Source: an uncultured Gammaproteobacteria bacterium
GTDB lineage: Bacteria > Cyanobacteriota > Vampirovibrionia > Gastranaerophilales > CAJFVJ01
Assembly: GCA_964444415.1 (NCBI GenBank)
Contig: CAYUHE010000002.1
Coordinates: forward strand, 40,310 to 104,309
Reading direction: 5' to 3'
DNA length: 64,000 nt
The notes under the pieces were generated by a model. It was not told the DNA's origin and did no database searches. It worked only from the letters and a program-made list of their open reading frames with translations. This document shows, one piece after another, positions 46,504 to 55,802 of the stretch. Position 1 is the first letter of the stretch, and each line of letters starts with the position of its first letter. A program made the translations under genes and the position numbers.

Positions 46504-46636
46504 TTTAGTACCTCCTGTATCTGTACAGGTTTAGTTTAACTGAATAAACTATTTTTTTTATCCTACATAAACTTTAAGTTATTTTATGAATTTTTGTAAT
46601 ATGTAAAAAATATTTTTAGCGATTTTTTTATGACTT

Positions 46637-46645
46637 TGGTACAAT
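46637..46645 (+). promoter_or_regulatory. candidate extended -10 promoter for the giant gene
   Basis: TGgTACAAT lies 40 nt upstream of the ATG at 46685. No convincing -35 element. Confidence 0.3.
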
Positions 46646-46684
46646 GGTCAAAAAGGTGGATAGACGAAAAGAGAAAATATCTTA

Positions 46685-49600
46685 ATGATCGACGAGAGAA
46701 ATATAAATAATATTATCGAATTAATCGAGAGTTCCAATCAAAAAATCAAAACCATCAAAGAAACGATTGAAGAACAGAAGAGTACTTTTGAGTTGCCGAA
46801 AAGCGAATTCAAAAACCTCAGCACTTGCGTTGAAGAAGTCCTAAAATCAAAGAATTTTGATAATATACAAGAGCTTTTTAACGATTTAAATAAAAATATC
46901 GTCTTTAAAACAGATTTTTTGAAAGAACAATATACAACTTTGGACGAAAATATTTTTAAAGTCCAAAACATAACCAAACACATCGATAAAGACATTTCCG
47001 ATGATGTAAATATTCTTGTCGATATCGTGGAAACTTTTTCTTACAAAATCAAAATTCTGCAAGGCATAGTCGTTGATATAAATACCAAAACCACTGCTTT
47101 TTCAGGACAAAATATCGAAAAATTCTTAAAAGATTTTCGCTCTGAATGCGGAGATTTTGACGAAGAATTCGATCAGGTTTTAAAAGAATTAAAACAAAAT
47201 TTCAAAAGAGCAGCAGATATTACTGCAAAACTGTCAAAACTTGACACAGGAGTTGACCTTTCAAAAGAACTTTTCTCTATAAACGTCTCCATAAACGCCA
47301 TAATGTCATCAATTTCTGTTTTTGACGAAAAATACAAAGACCTCGGCAAAGCCTTCACAGACTCAGGTCTTTATACTGATTTTACTGCAAAAATCGAAGA
47401 TTTGTCTTACAACACAAAACACCTTATAAGAAATATCGATAATTTCAACAAAATAGTCGAAGACGGCTCTAGCGTTAAAAATCAGGTAACATCTTTAGAG
47501 CAAAAAGTTGAAACCATAAACAACCTTATTCAAATTATGAATCAAGAGGGTTTGCTCGAAATCAAAGCGCTTTTGAGCTCAATTGACAACTCCGATGACA
47601 TTAATGAAATCAAAACTTTCTTAAATACTCTGGATTCATCAAATCAAAATGAAAAACTTGATGCTTTAAAAGATGAACTCAAAGAAAGCATAAAAGCTTT
47701 AAGTTCAACTGAACAACTTGATGAGCTAAAAGAAAGCATAACTGTTTTACAAGCTGAAAAATTAGATGCGCTCAAAGAATCTATTTTGGCAGCCCAAAGT
47801 GACAATGCGGTCCTTCAAGAAATAAAAACTATAGTTGCAAATCTTGAGAATACCAAAAATCTGGGACAATTCGAAACACTCTTAAGCGAAGTGCAGCAAG
47901 GGACAAAACTTTCTCAGGAAAAATTCGAAGAACTCTTTAGAGTAAGCTCTATGGTCAACTTTGGCGAAGTTGAAAAAGAAATTTCTTTCTTATCAAATGA
48001 TCTTGAAATTGTTTCTGAAGAAATCAAGCACAGCCGCTCTATTTCTGACAAAAGTTTTTCAAAATTAGAAAACATTTTTGAAAGCTTTAACCTTGCGGAA
48101 CTCAAAACCAGAATTTTTGAATTTGAAGGCTATTTAAAAAAATTCCTCAAAAAAGAAGATATTCAATTTTTTACGGATGACATTCAAGCTATAACAGAAA
48201 AATTTGAACTCGCCAACAATGTTATTATTGAAGGCTTTGACGATATTGAAACTCTAAAAACTTATATTTTGGGTTTTGAAGCAAAATTTGCCGATTTGAC
48301 CAATAATATTCAAAATATTTTAACTGAAAACCAAGAGAAATTTGATTCTGCAATAGAAGCTTTTGATACCACTTACAAAATTGATGAATTGACAAATACC
48401 GCAAATGAATTGATGGAAGAAGCTCTTGACTCAAAAAACAGTATTTTGGCTGCATTAAATGAAGGCCAAGAAAAAGTTGAGCTTTTAGTCAAAGCCATTG
48501 ATTCATCAGACAAATTTGACGAAATGCAAGAAGCTATAAAAGAAAATTTAGATCAGCTTCAAAGTGAATCAAGCGCCAAAATTAAAGAACTGGGTGAAAT
48601 ATCAAAAGCAGTCGGCTCGGATATGGAATCCCTTAAAACATCAATGCTCAATGTTATCAGCGAAAATCAAGAAAAATTTGATGAAATGCTCTCATCTCTT
48701 GACGAGAAGGTAAATAACCAAGAAACTCAAGGGAAGTTAAACCTTGTTCTTCAAGCTATTGAAGAGCAAAATAATACAGCTGAAATTCAAACTGTTTCAT
48801 CCAAATTAGTAGATGAAATCAATAACGGCAAATATCTGGTAATCGATACTATCAGAGAATCACAGCTTAAACTTGAAGAGTTTGTCGCTTCTGTTGATAA
48901 TGCGCACAGAGTTGAAGAACTCAAAAATATAACTGCCAATTTGCACGACGAAGTTTTCAAAACAAAAGAGTCTGTTTTGACTTCTCTCAGAGACCAGCAA
49001 GACCGATTTGAGCTTTTAATAAGGGCTCTCGATGATTCAGACCGCATCGATGATGTTAATGAAATTTCAAAAACAATCTATAACGAAGTTCTTGACTCAA
49101 AAGATGCTTTGATAGAAGTACTTGAAAGCAATCAGCAAAAAATTGAAGAAGCAATCAGGCTGACTGATGTGAATTTAAAAATTGATAAATTGGAAAATTT
49201 ATCACTAAAAATAATAGATGAAGTAAAAGCTGCCAAAGAAATAACTCAAAATGTTGGTAAAAGCATAAATACAGAGACCTTGAGCGACTTACAAAATTCG
49301 ATTGAGGAATTGAGAGCTTCTATTGTAGAAACTAATGATTCTGTTTTGGCGGTTGACCTTAAGCTCAATGATGTAGCAGATAAAACCGATGTTTCTATAA
49401 TTAATGAACTTATAAAAGAAAGACATGAACAGCTTGAATATTTAATCAGAGCGTATGATCCGACATCTGACATTTCGGCTATTAAAGACAATTTGAGCGA
49501 GCTTATTCAACAAGAAGAATTTAATGAGCTGAAAGAAAAACTCGATTCCAATAAAGATGTTATTTATGAATTGCGTTCTATTCTGGAAGAAAGAACCCGA

Positions 49601-52600
49601 GACCTTGAACTTGTAATGAAATCTGTTGAAAATACAGATGATATTAATGAATTGAAAGATGCTTTGTTCAATATCGACAATGAACAAAAAGACATCAAAA
49701 ATGCCTTGGATTTTGTGGTGAAATATGCTGAGAATTCCGAAATATCAGGCGAACTAAATGATTTAAGAGATATTTTGTTCAACATAGACAATGAACAAAA
49801 AGATATCAAATCTGCTCTTGAAGCCACCTTGAAATCTACCGAAAATTCTGATGATATCAACTATCTCAAAGGGATTTTGGTCGATATGGAACAAGAGCAA
49901 AAAGATATTAAAGATGCTCTTGGATATATAGCAAAAAATTCTGAAAAAACCGAAATATCCAGCGATATAAACGAATTGCGAGATGTTTTAGTCAGGCTGA
50001 ATAATGAGCAAAAAGACATCAAAGATGCAGTTGAATTAACTTTGAAATCTGTCGAAAACGCAGATGATATTAATGATTTGAGAGATATTTTATTCAACAT
50101 AGACAATGAACAAAAAGATATCAAATCTGCTCTTGAAGCCACCTTGAAATCTACCGAAAATTCTGATGATATCAACTATCTCAAAGGGATTTTGGTCGAT
50201 ATGGAACAAGAGCAAAAAGATATTAAAGATGCTCTTGGATATATAGCAAAAAATTCTGATGTGTCTTCAATCGCTACTTCTTTAGAGGGGCTTGTTTCAA
50301 ATGAAGACATTTATGAACTTAGTAAAAAAGTTACGCTTAATAAAGATGCTATTTTTGAGCTTAAATCTACTCTTGAGGAAAGAACAAACAGCCTTGAACT
50401 TGTAATGAAATCTGTCGAAAATACAGATGATATCAATGATTTGAAAGATATTTTATTCAATATTAATAATGAACAGCAAGAAATTAAATCCAACTTAGAA
50501 ACCACTTTGAAATCTGTCGAAAATACAGATGATATTAACTATCTCAAAGGGATTTTGGTCGATATAGAACAAGAGCAAAAAGATATTAAATCTGCTCTTA
50601 TTTCCGTAGCCAAAAATTCTGAAAGCTCTGAAATATCCAACGAAATAAATGAAATCAAAGACAAATTAGATGATTTAAATACAAAAAATGATCTGGATGA
50701 AATCAGACAAAAATTAGAGCAAAATAAAGATGTAATTTATGAACTTAGAGTGATTTTAGACGAGAGAACAAGAAATCTCGAACTTCTTATGAAATCTGTC
50801 GAAACCTCAGATGACATAAGCGATTTGAAAGATATTTTGTCCAATATCAACAATGAACAGCAAGAAATCAAAAATATTATCGAAATTTCTCTTAAAGCTG
50901 CCCAAAAATCTGATGATATAAATTACCTCAAAAACATTTTGGCAGATATAGACTATGAGCAAAAAGCTATAAAAGCCTCTATGGATCAGCATTTTCCTGC
51001 TCTTGACAATGAGGAAATCAAAACTTCTTTGGTTATTATCGAAAATAAAATTGATTCTGTATCCGAAATCAAAGATGAAATGTCACTGATTGAAAAAGAA
51101 ATAAAAGCCCTGCAATCAGGCTTTGACGGAATGCTTCGCCAAGAAGATGCATCAAATGCTTTTGAAACTATTAACGAAATAAAAAATGATATTTCAAATT
51201 TTTCAAGTAATATTAGTTCTCTAAAGAAAGAATTAGAATCCATTTCAGGTAACAAAGATATTGAAGAGGCTGTTGAACAATTAGAAAATATTCAATATTC
51301 ACTAAAAGAAAATATTGATACAAATGCTTCATTATCCTCGAATATGGAATCTATCGAAAGCAAAATTAATGAACTCAAATCATCAACTGACTTGAATTAT
51401 GACCTCAAAATCCTATTAAATAATATTCAAGAAGACCAGCTTGCACTAAAAGCACTTGTTTCCAGTATGGATGATGATGAAACAATAAACGCAATTAAAG
51501 ATCAGATCAAAACCAGCGAATATGTTATAAAAGACGCAGTTGAAGCCAATAGAGCCAAGGAAGATATCGACCAGCTCAAAACGCAAATCGAACAACTTAC
51601 ACAACAAATTGTTGTTCAAGTTATGCAGGTTTTTGACAATATTTCTTTTGAACAAGAAACTCAAGAAATCAAAGACTTCGTGGATGAGTCTTACAGCGGC
51701 GTAAAAAACGTTTTAAGTGTCTTAAAGACAAATATAGAAAGGCTTTTAGATGCTCCTAAGCCGATTTATATCGAAGAATTAAAACAAGAAATTGAAAAAA
51801 TAGCTAAAAACCTTGACAGCATTGGTCCTGAGATGTCTGAATACGTCAGCACTATTACAAGCCTAAGAGTCAGTCTCGAAGAGCTTGCCAAAACTCAAGA
51901 TATGGTTCATCTTCTTGAACAAAATATCAGTAATGTTTCAATTGAAGTTGATGAGATTTTAAGAATTTCACGAGACATTTCATCTCAATTCGACCTGATT
52001 TACACTCATAATGAAGCAAAAGATGATTTTTTAAAAATCAAAAAAGCTCTTGATAACATTATCGAAAAACAGCAAGAACAAGCTGATAATAACCAAAAAG
52101 AAGACCTAAAGGGCGGCATAGACAATGTGAATTTGTCTATAAATTATATAAACGAAAATCTTAACGAATTTTTGGGTGAATATAGAATATTCCAAGACAA
52201 ATTGTCAGATACAATGCACAATTTAGAGGGTATGGCCTCGAATTTTGTCCAATCCGACAGTATCAACAGCGAATACAAACAGGGCGTAAGTGAAACTTTT
52301 AAAGCCTTGAAAAAAGATTTCAACGGCGTAATTACAACTGTCGGAAATCTTTATACAGATATCAGCAAAGTTACTACTCTGACTAGCGAAATGCTTGATG
52401 CTTCATCAAAAGACAAGGCTGAAATTTTGCAAAATATGCAAAATTTGAAAGAAATTGTTGTAAGTTCTGATATCGACAAATTGAAAGATAATTTCTCAAC
52501 AATTATCTTCTCTATCAATGGATTTATGAACAATGTCGATGAAAAATTCGCCTCGATAATCGAAGATACCAAAGGGGCATATGACTTTGCGGCAGAAAAT

Positions 52601-54640
52601 AAAGAAGTCGCAGACAATATCAAAAACTCTATAGTTCATATCTTAGAATGGTCAAATACCGCAACTCGTGATTTCACAAGAATTCAAGGCAGTATCGAAG
52701 CTTTTAGAGAAATTTTTGAAGAATCCGCCGAAGATATAAGACAAATCAATGAAATCAAGGCTATAGTTGCCGATTTGGATAGTGCTTTGGCTTCTAGAGT
52801 AGAAGAAGTTTTTGAAAGACAAATTCAAAGCAAGCTCGACAATCAATTATTACCTGAGTTTGAGCTTTTGGACAAAAAAATTGAAAAAAAATTAGTCCAA
52901 AAACTTTCACCGATTTTGGAAGCAAGAGAACAAGACAAAGATGATTTGAGATTTGTCATAAACAATCAGCTTTCAGAAGAAACTGCATCTTTAAAAGAAC
53001 TTATTGATGTTGTCGAAAAAAATATCATAGTAAAAATCCAAAATGGTTTTGAACAAGTTTTCAATCAGGACTTGGATTTTTCACCAATTGTAGACAAACT
53101 TGATTCGGAATTTTCCTTGGTAAATGACAAACTTGAAGACAGTTTGGCCAAAATTGACGTGGAATTATATCAGGCAAATGTCAAACTTGAAGAAGGGCTT
53201 GATAAAATTAACAAAAACGTCAAAAACATCAGTTTTGGAGAAGTAAATTCCAGACTTGAAGAAGGTTTTGATGAAATTAGTCAAAAAATTGATGATACAA
53301 ACTTACCTCAACTAGTCTCAAAAATTGATGATGAATTTTCTGCAATGAATAAAAAACTCGATGTTGATTTCTTTGAAATGAACAAAAGAGTTGTTGATGA
53401 ATTCAATTTGATTGAAGAAAAACTCGATGTCCGCTCAGAAACATTGCTACAAAACATCGAAAATTCAAATGAGCATCTGGTATCTAATCTGGATTCAAAA
53501 ATAGACTCTCAAAAAGATGTTATTCTGAAAAATATCAAAAATGAAATTGCTCAAGAGCTTGTGCAATTTGTTGACAAATTCGATGACAAAAACAAATCTC
53601 TTCTGAAAAATATCGCAGAAACAAAAGAAATCGTCTCACAATTAGCAGAAAAATCTGAGACAACCACAGATGATAATATGACTCTTGTTCTGAACAATCT
53701 TGAGCAGGCAAAAGAGTCTATGCTTTATTTGGCCAAAAATCTCGAAAGCTCGCAAAGCACTATCGACAAGATTTCGAGCAATGTTGACAATCAAACAAAA
53801 GCTTTTACAGAAACAGTAAATTCTGCCAAAAAAGATTTAAACCAAGAAATTAAAACTCTAGCAAATACTAATGCAAAATCAATTTTGGAAAATATATCTC
53901 AATCAAAAGATGAGATAAAGCTTGAGTTTGTACAAATTGTTGAAAAATTTGATGCCCAATCTGAAAAACTGAATACTTTAGAAGCTTCTAAAGATGAGAT
54001 TTTTGCTGTATCAAGCAAAGTTGAAGAAGCCAAAAATGAATTGAATATAATCAGCGGGAAACTTGATGCTCAAACAGGTTTGGTCATTAAAAATGTTGAA
54101 GATTCAAATTCAAAATTGGATAAAACTTTGGCGCAAGTAACATCTAAACTTGAAAATCAATCAAAAACTGTTTTGAATAATTTAGAAAATAACCAAAAAG
54201 CCATAGAGCAAACTATAGCTGACATTACAAGCAAAATCAATACTCAAAGTGAAACTATTTCAAATAACATAGCAGAGTCAAAGGCTGAACTTGACGATAT
54301 AAGCAAAAAAATTGCAGCCCAAACCGAAATTATGTCCAAAAATATTGAAGAATCAAAAGAAGAATTGGAGCAAGAGCTTGTTCAAATTATTGATAAAATT
54401 GACTCTCAAAGCGAAAATCTTGCAAAAGCACAAGCTGCAAAACTTAAATCTTTTGAAGAAAAATTAAATGACCAAGACAAAAAAATGCAAGCAATAGATG
54501 AAAAAATGGATATTTTAATAGAAAGACTAAACACTACTCAAGCCCTGGATTTGAGTGATATAGTAGTTGCTCTTGAAAACCGTATGGGAAGCCTTGATGA
54601 TAACATCAAAAAAATCGTTAGTTTTGTGGACGAAGAATAA
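46685..54640 (+). CDS. giant acidic coiled-coil repeat protein (2651 aa)
   Basis: A single uninterrupted 7956-nt ORF. The composition is Glu/Asp/Lys/Ile/Leu/Asn/Ser-dominated, heptad-like throughout, with very few Cys/Trp/Pro. There is no signal peptide, TM segment or NTPase motif. It contains several internal repeat families. Confidence 0.9.
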   Translation: MIDERNINNIIELIESSNQKIKTIKETIEEQKSTFELPKSEFKNLSTCVEEVLKSKNFDNIQELFNDLNKNIVFKTDFLKEQYTTLDENIFKVQNITKHIDKDISDDVNILVDIVETFSYKIKILQGIVVDINTKTTAFSGQNIEKFLKDFRSECGDFDEEFDQVLKELKQNFKRAADITAKLSKLDTGVDLSKELFSINVSINAIMSSISVFDEKYKDLGKAFTDSGLYTDFTAKIEDLSYNTKHLIRNIDNFNKIVEDGSSVKNQVTSLEQKVETINNLIQIMNQEGLLEIKALLSSIDNSDDINEIKTFLNTLDSSNQNEKLDALKDELKESIKALSSTEQLDELKESITVLQAEKLDALKESILAAQSDNAVLQEIKTIVANLENTKNLGQFETLLSEVQQGTKLSQEKFEELFRVSSMVNFGEVEKEISFLSNDLEIVSEEIKHSRSISDKSFSKLENIFESFNLAELKTRIFEFEGYLKKFLKKEDIQFFTDDIQAITEKFELANNVIIEGFDDIETLKTYILGFEAKFADLTNNIQNILTENQEKFDSAIEAFDTTYKIDELTNTANELMEEALDSKNSILAALNEGQEKVELLVKAIDSSDKFDEMQEAIKENLDQLQSESSAKIKELGEISKAVGSDMESLKTSMLNVISENQEKFDEMLSSLDEKVNNQETQGKLNLVLQAIEEQNNTAEIQTVSSKLVDEINNGKYLVIDTIRESQLKLEEFVASVDNAHRVEELKNITANLHDEVFKTKESVLTSLRDQQDRFELLIRALDDSDRIDDVNEISKTIYNEVLDSKDALIEVLESNQQKIEEAIRLTDVNLKIDKLENLSLKIIDEVKAAKEITQNVGKSINTETLSDLQNSIEELRASIVETNDSVLAVDLKLNDVADKTDVSIINELIKERHEQLEYLIRAYDPTSDISAIKDNLSELIQQEEFNELKEKLDSNKDVIYELRSILEERTRDLELVMKSVENTDDINELKDALFNIDNEQKDIKNALDFVVKYAENSEISGELNDLRDILFNIDNEQKDIKSALEATLKSTENSDDINYLKGILVDMEQEQKDIKDALGYIAKNSEKTEISSDINELRDVLVRLNNEQKDIKDAVELTLKSVENADDINDLRDILFNIDNEQKDIKSALEATLKSTENSDDINYLKGILVDMEQEQKDIKDALGYIAKNSDVSSIATSLEGLVSNEDIYELSKKVTLNKDAIFELKSTLEERTNSLELVMKSVENTDDINDLKDILFNINNEQQEIKSNLETTLKSVENTDDINYLKGILVDIEQEQKDIKSALISVAKNSESSEISNEINEIKDKLDDLNTKNDLDEIRQKLEQNKDVIYELRVILDERTRNLELLMKSVETSDDISDLKDILSNINNEQQEIKNIIEISLKAAQKSDDINYLKNILADIDYEQKAIKASMDQHFPALDNEEIKTSLVIIENKIDSVSEIKDEMSLIEKEIKALQSGFDGMLRQEDASNAFETINEIKNDISNFSSNISSLKKELESISGNKDIEEAVEQLENIQYSLKENIDTNASLSSNMESIESKINELKSSTDLNYDLKILLNNIQEDQLALKALVSSMDDDETINAIKDQIKTSEYVIKDAVEANRAKEDIDQLKTQIEQLTQQIVVQVMQVFDNISFEQETQEIKDFVDESYSGVKNVLSVLKTNIERLLDAPKPIYIEELKQEIEKIAKNLDSIGPEMSEYVSTITSLRVSLEELAKTQDMVHLLEQNISNVSIEVDEILRISRDISSQFDLIYTHNEAKDDFLKIKKALDNIIEKQQEQADNNQKEDLKGGIDNVNLSINYINENLNEFLGEYRIFQDKLSDTMHNLEGMASNFVQSDSINSEYKQGVSETFKALKKDFNGVITTVGNLYTDISKVTTLTSEMLDASSKDKAEILQNMQNLKEIVVSSDIDKLKDNFSTIIFSINGFMNNVDEKFASIIEDTKGAYDFAAENKEVADNIKNSIVHILEWSNTATRDFTRIQGSIEAFREIFEESAEDIRQINEIKAIVADLDSALASRVEEVFERQIQSKLDNQLLPEFELLDKKIEKKLVQKLSPILEAREQDKDDLRFVINNQLSEETASLKELIDVVEKNIIVKIQNGFEQVFNQDLDFSPIVDKLDSEFSLVNDKLEDSLAKIDVELYQANVKLEEGLDKINKNVKNISFGEVNSRLEEGFDEISQKIDDTNLPQLVSKIDDEFSAMNKKLDVDFFEMNKRVVDEFNLIEEKLDVRSETLLQNIENSNEHLVSNLDSKIDSQKDVILKNIKNEIAQELVQFVDKFDDKNKSLLKNIAETKEIVSQLAEKSETTTDDNMTLVLNNLEQAKESMLYLAKNLESSQSTIDKISSNVDNQTKAFTETVNSAKKDLNQEIKTLANTNAKSILENISQSKDEIKLEFVQIVEKFDAQSEKLNTLEASKDEIFAVSSKVEEAKNELNIISGKLDAQTGLVIKNVEDSNSKLDKTLAQVTSKLENQSKTVLNNLENNQKAIEQTIADITSKINTQSETISNNIAESKAELDDISKKIAAQTEIMSKNIEESKEELEQELVQIIDKIDSQSENLAKAQAAKLKSFEEKLNDQDKKMQAIDEKMDILIERLNTTQALDLSDIVVALENRMGSLDDNIKKIVSFVDEE
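49510..50990 (+). repeat. in-frame tandem repeat array inside the giant gene
   Basis: There are about 12 copies of a ~35-aa unit (x-E-N-x-D-D-I-N-x-L-K-x-I-L-x-x-I-x-x-E-Q-K-D-I-K-x-A-L). They are organised into three super-repeats, each opening with NKD-x-I-x-EL-R-x-x-LEERTR-x-LEL-x-MKSVE. Segments 49757-49944 and 50072-50259 are near-identical at 315-nt spacing. Confidence 0.95.
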
Positions 54641-54671
54641 AACCACTTTGTATTTAAGGTAACATTCACAT

Positions 54672-55751
54672 ATGTTTGTTTGTCTTTTGCCAAATTTGTC
54701 AAATAAATCCGTACCCAAAAGTTATCCCAACAAGATAGCAAGAGTCGCTTTTGGAAATTCTCAACCGAATGACAAATTTGAAGCCTCGGAATTTTCAAAT
54801 GATTTTAAAATATATATAAACGAAATTGCTAAAACAAATCCTGAAAGTCAAAAAATAGTCCCTACGTTATTAACTGCCAGAGAAGGCAAATATCAAAGAT
54901 TTATAGGCTCAGAAATTGCTGTCGTTGTAAAAGTATATAAAGATGAGACTAAAGATCTTTTTGAATATCTTTTAAATGAAAAAGAGGGCGAAAAACTTCG
55001 ATTTTCAGGATTTTCTATTGAAACTTGTTTAAATTTTGCAACCAAGAAAAATCAACAAGAAATCAAAGAATTATTATCAGAAAAAGATAAAAAAGGCTTT
55101 ATTTATTCCGTTTATGATGTCGAATTTCTTATGGGAGTGCCCCCTGAGAATCGCTCTCTTGCAAAAAAACTTATAACCCCAACCAGAAAAAATCGAGAAC
55201 CTTTTAAAATTGATGATGCCCAAAAAATTATGCAAAGCATTACTGCTGAAAATAAAAAAGAATTTGAAATTATGTTTAATAGCCAAAGATTTACCGCTGA
55301 AGGTATTATCAATTCTTTATCAGCTATAAATAATGAAAACAGGGGTATTTTAGATTATTTGCTTACGGAGAAAGATGGTAAAAAAAATAAATTCTACTCA
55401 AATTCAATTGTAAAAATTTTACAAGGGTCAAAAGACTCTGAACTACCGAGGCTGAAATTCTTGACCAATCAAAAAATTGGTGATAAACACAGATTTGAAA
55501 GTGCGGATGTAGCATATCTTTTTGTGCAATCCCGAAATAAAGAAGCAGCTTTAAAACTTCTTATAAAAGAGACCAAAGATAACAAGCCGAGATTTTCTAT
55601 GCGTAATATGTATCAAATTCTTGATTCTTACAAAAGCGGCAATTTAAATGGCTTAAAATCCCTCTTAGACTTTAAAATCGATAACGAAGGACTTTTGGCA
55701 GAAGAAATCACCGCATTTTTAAAAAGAATTAATAAAGCTAAAATCAAATAA
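54672..55751 (+). CDS. tandem 33-34-aa helical-repeat protein (ankyrin-like period)
   Basis: 359 aa, starting 31 nt after the giant gene. Roughly 8 repeats of the pattern LL-x-E-K-D/E-G-x-x-x-R/K-F…(hydrophobic helix)…L-K-x-L. The SD is weak, so it is probably co-transcribed. Confidence 0.7.
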   Translation: MFVCLLPNLSNKSVPKSYPNKIARVAFGNSQPNDKFEASEFSNDFKIYINEIAKTNPESQKIVPTLLTAREGKYQRFIGSEIAVVVKVYKDETKDLFEYLLNEKEGEKLRFSGFSIETCLNFATKKNQQEIKELLSEKDKKGFIYSVYDVEFLMGVPPENRSLAKKLITPTRKNREPFKIDDAQKIMQSITAENKKEFEIMFNSQRFTAEGIINSLSAINNENRGILDYLLTEKDGKKNKFYSNSIVKILQGSKDSELPRLKFLTNQKIGDKHRFESADVAYLFVQSRNKEAALKLLIKETKDNKPRFSMRNMYQILDSYKSGNLNGLKSLLDFKIDNEGLLAEEITAFLKRINKAKIK

Positions 55752-55802
55752 TTTTTATTTGACAGGAAGCATTACAATCGAACGAAATACCTCGAAAAAC
55801 TG

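Noticed and set aside
49564-50175. Two antisense ORFs with identical N-termini (MISSEFSVDFKVASRADLISFCSLSMLNKISLKS) that look like a duplicated gene pair.
   Set aside because: They are the antisense shadow of the 315-nt tandem duplication inside the giant gene. The sense frame is continuous over 7.9 kb.
49510-50990. A regularly spaced direct-repeat array that could be mistaken for a CRISPR locus.
   Set aside because: The repeats are in-frame coding units (~105 nt sub-period) with graded divergence and no unique spacers. There are no cas genes in the window.
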